This document shows, piece after piece, positions 1-13,148 of a stretch of 48,162 nt of DNA. Each line of letters starts with the position of its first letter. The first letter of the stretch is position 1. Made by a program: the position numbers and the translations under genes. The notes under the pieces are model-generated. The model was not told where the DNA came from, did no database searches, and saw nothing but the letters and a program-made list of their open reading frames with translations. The DNA comes from Microthyrium microscopicum (lineage: Eukaryota): NCBI GenBank assembly GCA_010405405.1, contig MU004241.1, positions 744,001 to 792,162 of the forward strand. Direction: 5' to 3'.

Positions 1-781
1 AGGGCCCAGATGTCCAGGGTACAAGGGTCGAACTGCCAATGGGCCAACGGCGTCTATTCATGCACTACGAACCACGAGGACGGTTGGAGACGTAGAGTTA
101 TGCGATGCATCATGGCATTTGACCAGTTTGCGCAGCATCAGGCTGTAGCTGCAAAATTTGCCATGCCCTCCACCAATGTTGCAAACAAAGATCTGGTCGC
201 TGACTGTAAAAACTGTAATAAGCAAAAGTGAGGCTGTATTATGCCATTCTTATCGCCTATTAAACCATTTTGCAGAGTTAGTGATGTCACTGGAGATTTT
301 ATAACTTGAAGTTGTGATACTTGCCAAGTGGCAATGAATCAGGACAAATATCAAGATGGCACGTTGTGATGTTCACTGGGCGAGACCCACTAGGGAAACA
401 CACAAACATGGAGGCTTATAGAAATATGAAATTTAGGGAGTTTGTGGACATTCAGCTGAACTGACAAGGTGCGCCGCAAAGGATAGAAAATGACTTTAGG
501 TGTTGAATTTGGTGCTCTAGAGCGAGGTCGGTGAATCGGTGCGGAAAAGACCGATGGGCAGATCTTGGCAGTTCTTTGGGTGTAAATTGTTTGGAAGCTT
601 GGCGGACGGCTAGTAGGCAGTTGCGCGCCAAAGCCTGGCAAATGGGACTGCAAAGGTGAGGGGGGCTCTTTCCCTCTCAATTGAGAGTCAAGACTCGGTG
701 AGTCGGGCAGAGGACGGAAAGTGCAGGCCACACACGGCGGAAAGCACGATCATTGCTTTGGGCAGGAGACATGGGCTGGGA

Positions 782-820
782 TGGGCACTACTACTGGGCA
801 CTGGGCACTGGGCACTACTG
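782..820. repeat. short ACTGGGC-type tandem repeat upstream of GRR1
   Basis: tgggcacta ctactgggca ctgggcactg ggcactactg: 4 TGGGCAC units. Confidence 0.6.
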
Positions 821-1876
821 AACAGGCAAGCGCGGGCACGCTCAAAGGGCAACTGCAATGGATCACTGGACTGGTTATGCATCACCGCATTGGGCAACAT
901 GTACTCTACAGCATATTGCGCTTACTATTTTGCTTGAACAAATTGAGTAAGAAAATGCTGCGGGCTTAGATCTAGAGTAAGTAGCGATTGGGCATTGGCC
1001 AGAGTCGTCATAATTAATGTGAACTGAATTCGTAAACATTAGTATAGTAGTAAGTAGTAATAATAACAACATGATGTATGCCATTGCGCAGCCCTCCTTC
1101 TAAGTTCTCACTCACAAATAGATCACGTTGCTGTCTTGCCCAGAGTTACGGTTCTACCACTCACAGTTGACAAGCTCCACATTCTGCTGTATGCGGATTT
1201 AGGGGACGTGAAATCCAGTGTCCCACAGTCAAAAGTTGCACTGTCCCAGCATACAGCCTCAAAAGCTAGTCGAGCCAACTGCAAGTCTAGATTTACAGTG
1301 TCCCGCCAAAACAAACCCATAAGACTCACAGAGCGCATATTTCTCCCTCGTCCAGCCAGACCAGCCAGACCAGCCAAAATCACTCCCTAGACAGCTTTGA
1401 CAGCCCAAAGAACCAGACCCAAGACCTAGCGACAGGACCATCATCCGCTCCCAGCCTGAGCGTGCGTGAAACAAGTCAAAACGGGCCTACTTGCCTGCCA
1501 ACCTGCCTATTGCTTCTCCGCCATCCTTGAACTTATTGCACATCAACAAATCTCGCTTCCCACCTCCAACCTCTCCACCACCTCCTCCGCCAAACATCAA
1601 CATTAACTTGCCTGTTTTCCCCTCACCTACCACTGTCCTATTCGCTCCTCCCTTATCTTCACTGTCCGCGCTTTCCTCTCGTCATTTCTCCACCAAAACT
1701 ACCTACCAACCCTCACCTAGCCAGACAACCCCCCATATAAGCGCCTCTCCTGAAATCACCTCCTCGAATCCTACAAGTCACAACAACAACATTCCATATC
1801 GAAGACCTAGCAATCATTGCTGTTACCGTCACCTCTCCTAAACCTGTCACTCGTAAAATCTCACACAAACTTCACC

Positions 1877-4079
1877 ATGGACGCCAGTATAGTGATGGTT
1901 GAACGACAACCCCGTTCCCAAAACCGCAGACTTTCCAATAGCCAATATGCTTCTTCCGCTTCCACCTCCCCCGAACGCGGTCCAGACGACGATAACGATT
2001 CTTTTATGCTCCAGCAAAACGATTCCGTGTCCTCCCTCGCTTGCTCAGACTTTGACGAGCTAAGCGATTCAATGCTACGAGAAATGGAAGAGCGATGCCG
2101 TCTTTCGCCAATCAGCAGATTACCTGCAGAACTCATGATTGCAATCTTCCAAAAACTGCCAAAGACTAGTGATCTAAAGAACTGCATGATGGTTTCAAGA
2201 GAATGGGCGAGAAACAGCGTTGGTCTTCTCTGGCATCGACCCGCCACTGGAAGCTGGGAAGCCATTCACTCGGTTTCTCAGACATTACACAACACACAAA
2301 CGACTTTTGACTACGATCATCTTGTCAAGCGGCTCAATTTGTCTAGTCTAGGTCCACATGTGAGCGATGGGACGTTGCTGCCATTTCGTTCCTGCAAACG
2401 AATTGAACGCTTGACATTAACCAACTGCTCCAAGTTGACCGATTTTAGCGTGGCTAAAGTCATTGATGGAAATCGGAGCTTAGCTGCGTTAGATGTGACA
2501 GGAATTGATGGTATTACTGATATCACCATGGACGCTGTAGCTCAAAACTGCTACCGCCTACAGGGACTCAACATCACCAACTGCTTGCGTATTTCCAACG
2601 AAAAACTGGAAGCAATTGCCACATCCTGCCGACATTTGAAGCGCGTAAGTTATCTAGCTCAACTCATGTAATTAAACTAATGCAATGCAGCTCAAATTCA
2701 ACGGATGTGCGCAAATCACAGACAAGTCGGTAATTGCATTTGCTCGAAACTGTCGCCAGCTTCTGGAAATTGATTTGGCGGATTGTCGGCGCTTGGAAAA
2801 CGATGCAGTCACGGCATTGATCAGCGAGGGGATGCACTTGCGCGAGTTGCGTCTCACCCACTGCCAACAAATCTCAGATACTGCATTCTCAAACTTGCCA
2901 TATGGAGCTACCTATGAGAGCTTGCGCATTCTCGACCTTACTGGATGTGTCGAATTACAGGATGCTGGTGTTCACCGAATTATCGAGGCAGCCCCGCGTC
3001 TGCGTAACTTGGTTCTTGCAAAGTGCCGCCAGATAACGGATCGGGCTATCACAGCGATCACCAAATTGGGAAAGAGCCTGCACTTCATCCATCTTGGTCA
3101 TTGCGCCCGCATCACAGACGCGGGAGTAATCCAGCTTGTGCGACTTTGCAACCGCATTCGATATATTGACTTGGCCTGTTGCACCAATCTGACCGACCAT
3201 TCCGTTACCCAACTAGCAACCCTGCCAAAGTTAAAGCGAATTGGTCTGGTCAAATGCGGAAATATCACGGATGTTAGCATCTATGCTCTATCCAAGCCGC
3301 GCCAGCCTGGCATGCAGCCTGTTTCGCCTGGCTCAGGAACACCAAGTTCTCTAGAGCGTGTTCATTTGAGTTACTGCATCAATCTAACTCTAGATGGCAT
3401 TACTTCCCTACTGAACAACTGCCCTCGATTGTCCCATTTGAGTTTGACAGGGGTTCAAGAGTTTCTGCGAGACGATCTTCTCCATTTCTGCCGACCAGCG
3501 CCTAGAGGTAAGCAGCCATTGTCACTTTGCATCTTAGCCGATTCTAACATTCTTTTAGAGTTTACAGAGCATCAGCGAAACTTCTTTTGTGTCTTCTCTG
3601 GCAACAATGTTGCGCGACTCAAGGAATATCTCTTAGAACAGCAGGAAAATGCTCAGAATATTGACCCGGATTTACAAGCGACTCAATTTGGTGGGCCGAC
3701 GATGTTGATCCCCCCTCCACCTGCCGTCTCTGGGCCTCTACCCCAACCAACTCATATCCCGCCTCCACCTCCGGCCCCACCAGCGCCTCCCGCTCTTCCT
3801 ATCCATCAGAATATGGGAAATCTTGCTATCCTTCCTATGGGACAGCCGGGTTCAACTCTAGTGCCGGGTTTGAGGCAGAATAGTTTACCTCGATTGCGGA
3901 TTCCACCAGCTCGAGAACTTGGACCAAACGGTACTCCTCCTTCAATGAGCCCAACCAATGATGCACCACTTTCAGTTGATGAAGGTGAAGAATTCATTGA
4001 CTTTCCCGAAATAGAACCAGCGCCGCAACCTGATCGCGAAGGTGGACGAAGCATCCAACGAAGAAGAAGCATACGGTAA
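1877..4079 (+). CDS. GRR1: SCF E3 ligase F-box/LRR protein (Grr1/GrrA); 3 exons: 1877-2644, 2691-3507, 3559-4079
   Basis: F-box (PISRLPAELMIAIF...CMMVSREWARNSVGLLWHRP) followed by many LRRs (LTLTNCSKLTD, IDLACCTNLTD, LKRIGLVKCGNITD). Introns 2645-2690 (GTAAGT...CTAA...CAG) and 3508-3558 (GTAAGC...CTAAC...TAG) restore LKR|LKFN and PAPR|EFTEHQR. Pro-rich C-tail. Confidence 0.93.
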
Positions 4080-5508
4080 TTGCGATGTTCTTGGAAGAAC
4101 AAGTTTCATGTTCTTCCAGAAGCGCACTGTTACATGTCCAACTCACGTTTTTGGCCCGGACCTTCAACTGTCGCCAATTATAAACACACGAATACATTAT
4201 GTTTGAGGTTTTGGCCACATATATGCCACTTCATCTGATGGCATAAATATTGTGGTCTACCCATAGTATGTTTCCATCCACGTTATCCAACGGCTTTTCC
4301 GCATCTCACCATTGGTCTTCAAAAATGCATATAGCGCACCCTCAGCATTCCTCATCTCTGGCCCTGGACCTTCAAACCAACTCACATACATTCGGTGCTA
4401 CGGCAGTCCAGCATGTAGACCATGCTTTGTGCTCATTTCAGCATCATACACCTTCGCTTCTTGTCAAATATTAGTGGCTCTGTCCACCATACGACACGTT
4501 CTTTTTCTTTTACTCTTATGTTTGTGTAGAGTCCTCTGGCTCAAAAGCGTTGTTGGCAGCATTGTTCATACCCCTTGTATCTGAAGTATTTCGATTTCTT
4601 TTTTTGCCGTTGCACGGGCCGCTCTCGACGACTGTGGATACAGAATATCTCAATGATTTGCATTATTTGAACGCTGTTCAACGATTATCCGATATTGGAC
4701 TGCATTCATGTCTTGGATGCTTATGTTGATTATGATGGCCATGTTAATGATTACGGAATTACCTATCCAAAGTAGATAGCCTTGAAGATGAATTACACAC
4801 CTCTCCTGAACTCACATCATTACCACTTTTGAACTTACAACTATGGTGTTCACTTGATTTCTTTTAGATTGGTGCTACAACATTTCTTGTGAAGTGATGT
4901 CGTGCAGCACATCCCTGTTGCGATATCTCCCCTGCCAAGTTGGTTTAAACTTGCATGCTGTGCCTGAATGTATTCGGTCATATTATCCACTTCTAAAAGT
5001 TCAGGCTGCGGAAAAAAAAGTGGCATGGGAGATAAGAAAGGTCGATCTTTTGAGAGATCTGTCCTGCGTCATCTTGATGTTTCAAGTTTGTCCTTCGCTT
5101 AATCGGGTTGGAGTGGCTGTGTGCGAATCCTGCTCATTGGGGTGCCGAGATAAGCGCGTGGTTGAGCTGTTGGGACTCGGGAGGGTGAGCAATAATGGGA
5201 ATTCATGTTGATTGTTCGAGTCCATTTTTCAAAGCGATCGTGGAGTATTGCTAGTTTTGAAAAGAACGGGGATTAAATAATATTTGTCTGAATAGCGAAA
5301 CTAAGGAGCTCTGTAGATGAGGAGCTTCAAGCTCCGCCAACCCTCTCCAAAATGCACAATCTCCATCTCCAACTCCCTCAGCCTCGTGCTCCCGTGAGGC
5401 CGCCCACATATCAGAACGAATAAATTCATGTCTACAATAATAAGCTCGTCATCATAACTCCTTACGGATTTCACATGCAATCGCACAATCACACCGCAGC
5501 TTGCGCAT

Positions 5509-6597
5509 ATGGACGGACCCGCACCGCCAGTTCTTGCCATCAATGAACTGCCCATTGCGCTGGCCCGAACACGGTCATTGACCCGCACACCGACCGGGTG
5601 CATTCCGATTGACGAAATTCTTCATGGTGGTGTTGAGTCTGGTCGCATCGTCTGTCTAAGCGGCGCGACAGGTGTTGGCAAATCTGCAGTATGTCCGCTC
5701 CTCGGATGGTCTATCATTGCTGAATAAATTGTAGTTGGTACTACAAGTCCTCGTACGAGCTCTCATTGCAAAACCACGCGCTCAAGCACTCGTGCTGGAC
5801 GCAGTCGGTGGTTTTGACGTAGTGCGTCTAGAAAGCATAGTCCAGGCTGCCGGTGCGGATGCGGACGATGTTTTAGGTCGAGTGCGGATTGTAAGGGTGT
5901 TTGATTTCGTGGGCGTGCAGGAGGCTGTTGACGAATTGAAGGCTGGCTTAATGGCGCCGGTGGCGAAGACTAGGCGGAGAGACGGGAGAGTGCTGGATTC
6001 TGAGGATGAGGAGTCTGATGAAGAGGAGGAGGGACGGGTGGAGATGGTGGTGCTGGATAATTTGACGAGTGTGGTTGGGCCGTTGTTGAAGAGCAACTAT
6101 ATCCAGGGTTAGTATCGTAGGTCTGAGATTGCATTGAGCTAACTGGAATTGTAGCGCAGGCGGTGCTGGGGACGTTTATGCGTGGATTGGCGGAGTTGAC
6201 GAGAAAGTTTGGGCTGACTACGCTGGTTATCAATGGTGTTGTTATGCCGCGGATTCGACAGTTGCCAGATCAGGGGGGACTGAACCCAACGGCTAGAGTT
6301 CAAGAGCCATCACCATCAATATTTGCAGCAAACACGGTGCGACCGGCGCTAGGTCGATCCTTTGCTCATTATCTCGACCTGCATTTGCTGCTGAGCGTTC
6401 TTCCTAAGAGCGAGCGGGACGCCAGAATCGTGTATGGTGGAAACAAAGGAGACGACTCCAAAGAACGAGGCCAGTCCATGGGCACTGCTGAGATGGTCAA
6501 CGTAGTTGAAGTCTTAGCCGATAGGTATAGCGATCGAACGCGGCAGTGGACGGCATTCAGAATCGAAGAAGGGATAGAGCTCAACAGCGTATTTTGA
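5509..6597 (+). CDS. RecA/Rad51-family paralog (RAD51D-like) P-loop protein; exons 5509-5688, 5735-6107, 6155-6597
   Basis: TGCIPIDEILHGGVESGRIVCLSGATGVGKS (Walker A), MVVLDN (Walker B), RPALGRSFAHYLD. Introns 5689-5734 (GTATGT...TAG) and 6108-6154 (GTTAGT...CTAAC...TAG) join three ORFs in frame. Confidence 0.85.
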
Positions 6598-6656
6598 ACT
6601 CATAATCAAAATCGAGTAAACATCGTTGATGACATGAAATACTGGCATTCATTTCT

Positions 6657-7212
6657 CTACTGGTTTTCAATCTTCTTGTACGGTAGCCACCTTGGGACCT
6701 TGAGATTCTTCTCTTCCATGGTCGCCTCAATCACACCTAACCGCCGAATTTCGCCCGCTGTCTTCTTCTTCATCTCGGGGTGTTCTGCCTCCCATTTCCG
6801 ATATGCTTGTGTGAGTTTGCCTATCCGCTCGGCCTATTGTTATTTGTATGATTAGCAGCGGTCGTAACTGGAGATTGTGGAGGATTCGGACCTCTTTTTT
6901 GTGATGTAGGCATTCGTGGTAATCTTCAAAAGCGGGTACGCATTTCTCGGCGCCTTTGTTGGTGTCGCCGGAGGTGTTTAGGACGTAGCAAGCCATGACT
7001 TCTTGCCAGAAGACGAAACAAGGGGTCGAGCCTAGAGTAAAAGAGGTGTTTGTTAGCGATTGCCTCAATATAATGGTTCAATGCTGGCTGTGTTGAGCGG
7101 AAGAACATGCGCTTTGACGGCCATTGTGGAGCCACGAAGCGCGGTTGTCTTTTCAATTCGATCCGGGGTAAGGTAGGTTCTCACCTCCTTTGATACCGTA
7201 TCCTGAAGCCAT
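6657..7212 (-). CDS. NDUFS5: NADH:ubiquinone oxidoreductase iron-sulfur protein 5 (NDUFS5 / 15 kDa-type, twin CX9C-like); exons 7212-7185, 7031-6892, 6833-6657
   Basis: Spliced product MASGYGIKGG|STPCFVFWQEVMACY...KCVPAFEDYHECLHHKKE|AERIGKLTQAYRKWEAEHPE...ENQ*. Introns 7032-7184 and 6834-6891 have GT/AG ends and CTAAC/CTAAT branch sites. Confidence 0.9.
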
Positions 7213-7628
7213 GGTTGACAGTGTTGTATGGGAATTTTGAGCTGTGAACAATGAGTCGAGGTTGGAGATGGAGCTCGGAAATGGCTTCAACACCTGATGG
7301 CCCGAGCGTTTGAGGTGGACACAGAAGGCCAACGACAACCACTGACTTGATAACTCGATATCAATGCCCAGACAAGTTTATGCTTATGGTCAACATGCAA
7401 GGCAATGTGTTTAACTGTCCACTTGCCTTGTGGGCTTTTTGCTTGTTGACAGGGGCATCTTGATGCCGCCTAAATCCTGCTGCGTCATGATCAACTCCAA
7501 GTAATCTCTAGGCGCGCGAGCCGCTGAAACCCCAACTATTCTCTTCCCCTTTCACCATGTTCGCGTCGTGAGAATCTTTCGTCCTATCCGACACTCTTTA
7601 CTGGATCATTGGGGGGTACTATAGAGCC

Positions 7629-9282
7629 ATGGCAGAACACTCGGAAACCACCCCGTTGCTGTCAACGTCGGAGCAACCAGCCAGCCAGCCAAATCACGCT
7701 TCGAACCCGGCCAGTTCATCTGCGGTACATACTCTGAAGTCAACAGCTCAAGGCTTGCGAACTCATTTGAAAACGTACTCGACGCTTTACTTGATCATTT
7801 TGTTCGTTCTTGCAATCGATTTCCCATCGTTTATGAGTCAGACAGCGTCGCTTCGCGTCTACGAGCTTGCAATATGTCGCGACTATTATCGAGAGCATGA
7901 CCCCAGTGTCATTGACCCACACGGATTTATCGACGAGCATCTCTGCAAATTGAAAGGCATACAGAGTGGTGTATCCAATATGAAAGCTTTAAAAGCGTTT
8001 CTGGACGAGTTCATTGGTGCTCTTATGGTCATTCCATATGGCATCGCTGCCGATACGTACGGAAGAAAAATGGTTGTTGTTCTTTCAGTGATTGGTTTAC
8101 TTATGGCATCATCGTGGGAAATTCTGGTCCTTCGATGCTTCGATATATTTCCGACGAACGCCTTTTACTTCGCGTCAGGATTTCTGGTCATTGGAGGAGG
8201 CAACTCTGTTGTTGTTCCAGTGCTTCTTACAATGCTTGCAGATACCAGCCCCCCGGAATATAGGTCAGTATTGCTTGAGCGGCCGAATGATCATGAGTGC
8301 TAACTGTGTCTCAGAACAGAGGTCTTCTTTTATTTTACTTCCAGCTTTCTGGTCACAGAAATCCTTGCTCCGCCTATAGGCAAACATCTTATGGATGCAA
8401 TTGGACCTTATAACACGGTCATTATAATCATTCCCGCGTGTTTATCTTCTCTTTCGTTCGTCTTCGTCATTCCAGAAACTTTGCAAAAGTCAGAGCAAGT
8501 CGAAGAGCCAGGTACAGCATCATTATCTTCAGATTCCTCGTTGCTGTCAAAAATCCAAGCCAAGGTGATAGGAATAAAAATGCATCTCAAAGAAGGTGCT
8601 CTTCCGCTATTGAAACGACCAGTTTTGATCCTCGTTCTGTTAGCCATGTCTCTCAATAAGCTATCGCGGCCAATTCTAATGGTGACACTTCAATACGTAT
8701 CTGCAGTATTTGGCTGGACTCTTGGTGAAGTAAGTCGATTTTTCACAAACCATTTTAAGCAAGTTAACTTATCACATATAGACCAGCTATCTTTTATCCT
8801 TACAGGCAACAGTTCAATTAGGCTTGTGTACTATCGTACTACCCATCATTCATAGATACCTCAATCACCGAGTCAAGGACACCAGAAAAGCCAACCTTAT
8901 ATTCGCGAAAGGATGCACAATTTTCCTAGTAGCCGGTGCTCTGACCATGGGCTTTTCTCGCGTTATCTCAGTCTTCATCACTGGCATGGTCATCTTCCTT
9001 CTGGGCTATGGGTACGGCGCGGCACTTCGCTCCTGGGCCACTGAACTCGTGCCAAAAAATGAAGTCGCTTTACTGTATACAGTCATGGCCCTCTTCGACG
9101 GTGTTGGCGCCCTAGCAGGTGCGCCTCTTCTTTACGGATCACTTTCGTATGGCCTTGGCCATGGAGGGAGTCTCATTGGATTACCGTATTTCGTCGCTGC
9201 CATTCTGTTCGGCTTGAGTGCACTCTTGACATGGAATTTGAGCGAGGGTGAAAAGATTGAAGAGGAGGAAACAGAAGGATAG
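7629..9282 (+). CDS. MFS transporter (SLC46/UstT-like efflux type); exons 7629-8263, 8315-8729, 8782-9282
   Basis: N-terminal ETTPLL sorting motif, ICRDYY...LCK loop, YGIAADTYGRK MFS motif A, many hydrophobic segments. Introns 8264-8314 and 8730-8781 join the ORFs in frame. Confidence 0.87.
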
Positions 9283-9934
9283 ACTACAAGAATCAAGCGT
9301 CTATCAGGCCTCGTCACTTCAAGGCCCATAAACGTCGTTGAGAGCACGTGGCAATAGAAACCTAGAGCTTGGAGGAGCGCTTGTCCTCAATCAGTGGTCA
9401 AAGAAGCACAGCAGCTTGAGGACCGACGCGGTATACTGCTCCCTGTACCTGCGGAGCCGCAATCTCGACCTGCTCAAATACTTTAGTGGCCTCAAATAGC
9501 TCTCGTGGTTGTTTCTGCGCGGCAGCTGGCTGGATCTTTTTGAAGACAGACAAGGCAAACGATCATGTACCAAAAGCTGTGCCACATCCATGATCGAACG
9601 CAGCATCTACCTCGAAACAAGAAATGGCAGTTCTCCATGCTCATATAGATTTACATCGCAAATACCCACAAAATTCCACGGTTTTCAAGATCACCAGCCC
9701 TGTATCAAAATCTCCAAAACAGAAGAGCAGGGAAGATCATATCTCAGTCAAATGCCAAATGTTTTACCCGAGTATGATAAAAAGTTTCAAGAAAGTAATA
9801 GACCGCAGAAGCAGTGTATCAAAGACCAAGGACCTACATGACTATTGCTGTTCACTGAGAAAGCGGAAAGGGCCGGTCAGAGTCTAGGCTTGTCCCTTTC
9901 AGGGCATGCTACCAGAAGTGGTCTGATAGTCACA

Positions 9935-10147
9935 CAACGGCATGGCAAAATAAATGGCGTACTCCCATCAACTCTGATGGCGCCCAGAGGCTACGGTCTG
10001 CTATCGAGTGCTTTATTTGCCATAAAGGGCGTTTAGATTAAGAGTATTTATCAGATACGATGGGAATTTAAGCGCCTTTTGGTTAGCAGCGCTGGTGGTA
10101 GCCATCAGAGTTGATGGGAGTACGCCATTTATTTTGCCATGCCGTTG
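9935..10147. mobile_element. MITE copy 1: 213 bp, perfect 47-bp TIRs, 6-bp TSD GTCACA
   Basis: 9935-9981 CAACGGCATGGCAAAATAAATGGCGTACTCCCATCAACTCTGATGGC is the exact reverse complement of 10101-10147. GTCACA at 9929-9934 and 10148-10153. Confidence 0.92.
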
Positions 10148-10548
10148 GTCACACCACAAGAGCTCTGGCCGCGCTTAAGGTTAACTTGCATTATCTAGAT
10201 GCAAAAGAACTAAGTAAAGTCAGGTACCTAGTAGCTAACTATACTCCAAAGTAACCAAAGAGTTGTGTAGATCCATAAATTTTGACATAATAAGTGTGCA
10301 CTTCCCTTTCTACTGTAGTTAATGCTCCGCCTTTGCGCCAACCGTGCAAGGGATGAGCTTTTCCCTACTTCCATTGACACTTCTATTCTCACACAGAATA
10401 ATTATAGCCCTTGCTTCTCCACATTCAATAAAGTTACGAACAAAAGCTTGAGCACACCTGAAGAAACGCTACAGATTGATCATCCATCATTGTCATTTTA
10501 AAGGTGAGAGCTATTGGGTAGTAGTAGGTAGGAAAGCATCTTTCTAAC

Positions 10549-10968
10549 ATGTCTCTGAAAACAGCAAACTCAACTACGATAACTACATCAATGGAAAAAA
10601 ACACAGAAGAGAGCTTACAAACCGGAAAAGGAAGCAGAATCAAACCTCTCAGGAGGGAAGACTCATTGCCCACAAAGTCACAAACGGAAGGCGCTGCATC
10701 CGGAAGCTCAACTGATCTCAGGAATGCTCGGGGACCAAGGCAGGATTTGACTTCGACTATTGAGACTTCATCGCCCTCTGATCAAAGTTTGTCTGAATTC
10801 CTCAAAAGCAAGTACAAAGAGTTTTGTGCAAATCACGATAAGAGAGAAACACAAAGGGCCAAGGAATACGCTGAATATCGTCAAGCACGACTAACTAAAA
10901 TGAATACCAATCCCCACCAAACGGCAACGGAATCCCCACCAAACTATGATGATCTATATCCTAGATAA
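10549..10968 (+). CDS. small hypothetical hydrophilic protein with C-terminal PPxY motif
   Basis: 139-aa ATG ORF, Ser/Thr-rich, short charged helix, ends PPNYDDLYPR; no family recognised. Confidence 0.45.
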   Translation: MSLKTANSTTITTSMEKNTEESLQTGKGSRIKPLRREDSLPTKSQTEGAASGSSTDLRNARGPRQDLTSTIETSSPSDQSLSEFLKSKYKEFCANHDKRETQRAKEYAEYRQARLTKMNTNPHQTATESPPNYDDLYPR

Positions 10969-11246
10969 GACGCAAAGTCCTGGAGAGCAGCACTTCGGCC
11001 TGTAAGTAGCTCTTGTCGTAACGGCTGCTGTAACATTGTACAGTGTCTATTTGGGTCTAACGACATCTACTCTGTTTGACTAAGGGTATCGGGGAATCAT
11101 AATCATAGCATAAGGAGAACAAACATTCCTGTTAGTAAAGCTAGTACCCAAGGAATCGGAACGTGCTGGCTCGTCGCAGCAAAAAAGTTTCAACTGCACA
11201 AAACTGCAAGCAAATGCTTCATTCGCGAGAAATCTATTCTGATATA

Positions 11247-12692
11247 TCATTGAAGGTAATTGAGCGAACAATCAAACCGGTGGTCTGCCAGTTTTGACCT
11301 TAACCACGATGACATATCGATCCATCGTGCAGAAGAAAAGTCGTTTTGGTACTCCAGCAAGACTCTTTCCACATGCGTTCTTTTGGCTAGATCGTCCGTT
11401 ACAGCCAACGCTGCCATGAGAAAGAGCGGCATTGAACTGGATCCCAAAGGCCGGTATTGCGATGCTTGTTCGGCGAGATCTATTACGATGTCGACAAAAA
11501 TAGCTGACTCGTGTGCAAGAGAAATCGTCGGCTCATATGAACAAATCACTGCGTTCAGGATGATCGCAATGCAGAGCACAATTCCGTATGCTGTTGAGTA
11601 ACGGACGTGGTGTCTCCTAAGAATATGCAATGCGGACCCTGGTGTGTCTGGTGAGTGAAAGGCGTTTTGGATACTGGTGTGGACGGTTCTCATAGTCGCT
11701 GTATCCGCTTGCAGTTGTTGATAGTACACCCTTATTTCATTCCAATAAAGACTTGGATGCTGTAGAAATTCCGGAACTCGTGCCAATGCTCGAATCTTTA
11801 GGCTTTCAATGACAGACATGTCACTCGGCGCACTACGAGGTCCAAAATGCTCGGGAAATATCAATAACCAAGGCTCTAATCTTATTTTGGGATTGAAGAA
11901 GGACTCCATAATCTGGTTCAATATGAGTTTGAGCCCTTTCTAGATTACGAATGGCATGTACATACCGCAATGATAGTTAACGTAACTAGTAGGTCGGACT
12001 CAAATTGGCCTTCCCACTTATTAGGAACGGCAGCGTTCAAGAGATATGCCATGACTTCTCCATGATTCGGACACTGGTCGTCTCGTTTACCTATCCATCC
12101 CTTAACAATGATCAGTACCATTTGAATAGCAATCAGTTGATTACAAACATACTTGCAAAATCATTAATAGATATATAGCGCAAAGAGTCTCTGACGACCT
12201 AGTCTTCTCAGGGTCATCCAAGCAGACCCTGAGCATTTTCAATGCATATGAATAACTATCATATAGCTCCGGAGATACTTGGTGGGTACGAACTGAGGAA
12301 CTCGCTTTGGTAAGGGCGTACACTGATGCATCGAGCGCATCATTTGTTCCCATTCGTCTAGGTATCTCTTTGAAGAATGCCCCATAGATGCTCAAATCAT
12401 ATCGAATGTCGGTGACTTGCAGAGCCGACATAAATCCACTGGCTGCCAATGTCATAGCATTGCTAGGAGTCGGTGCTGGTGCGATGGCTTGTGTGGGGAT
12501 TGAGATTGCCTGCGATGATCCAGCAGCTGTCACAGCAACAGACTGGTTCTTGAACGTATATCTCTGCTCCCCGCTTCCAACACACTCTATTCGAAGACGC
12601 GTACATCTCGAGCAGGCTGGTTTCCCTTGATCACACTTCTTCTTCTGCTTGCGACAGGCTGCACAACCTTTGCCTGATGGAACGCCCGGCAT
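11247..12692 (-). CDS. Zn2Cys6 fungal transcription factor; exons 12692-12153, 12100-11966, 11912-11247
   Basis: MPGVPSGKGCAACRKQKKKCDQGKPACSRCTRLRIECVG. Introns 12101-12152 and 11913-11965 (both GTATGT...AG) give a continuous frame. Confidence 0.9.
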
Positions 12693-13148
12693 TTTGAAGC
12701 GCTAGGTTTTGCCCAAAGGAGATTGTGGACATTTTGAGAGATGTCCAGATGAGGTACGAATATTGACAATGCGCAGGTCGTTCTCCAAGAGTGACAAGGC
12801 ACAAACTGGTCGGCGCACGCGAGATCAACAATGACGTTCCATACAACCAACAGGGGTGCGATTGGCTGGCGCTCCATACAACCTGATTGAGACTAGCGCT
12901 GAGGCTTTTCGCAACCTCATGCATTACTTTGGAGCCGCTTCCTGCACAACTAAGTAATGCGCAGAGCATTAGTCTCTTGGCCAAGAGCTGTACAATCCGT
13001 GAGTGATATGTACTGGCAAGGTCGAAGAAGGAGCTACAGGGAACGAGACTCTTGAGGCTGAGGGCAAAGATCTACGCGTCTCTCGATTCCGCTGGCAATG
13101 CTAATTACGATTACGATTCTACGTTACATGATACCCGCAAGAACCTGA

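Noticed and set aside
10..231. 73-aa ORF at the window start
   Set aside because: No recognisable motif; it could be the tail of an upstream gene but this cannot be supported.
390..1841. many short overlapping ORFs, including Pro-rich 1491-1841
   Set aside because: Non-ATG starts; explained by the C-rich GRR1 promoter and 5' UTR.
9391..9887. overlapping ORFs downstream of the MFS gene
   Set aside because: No family motifs or coherent gene model; at most an unidentifiable relic.
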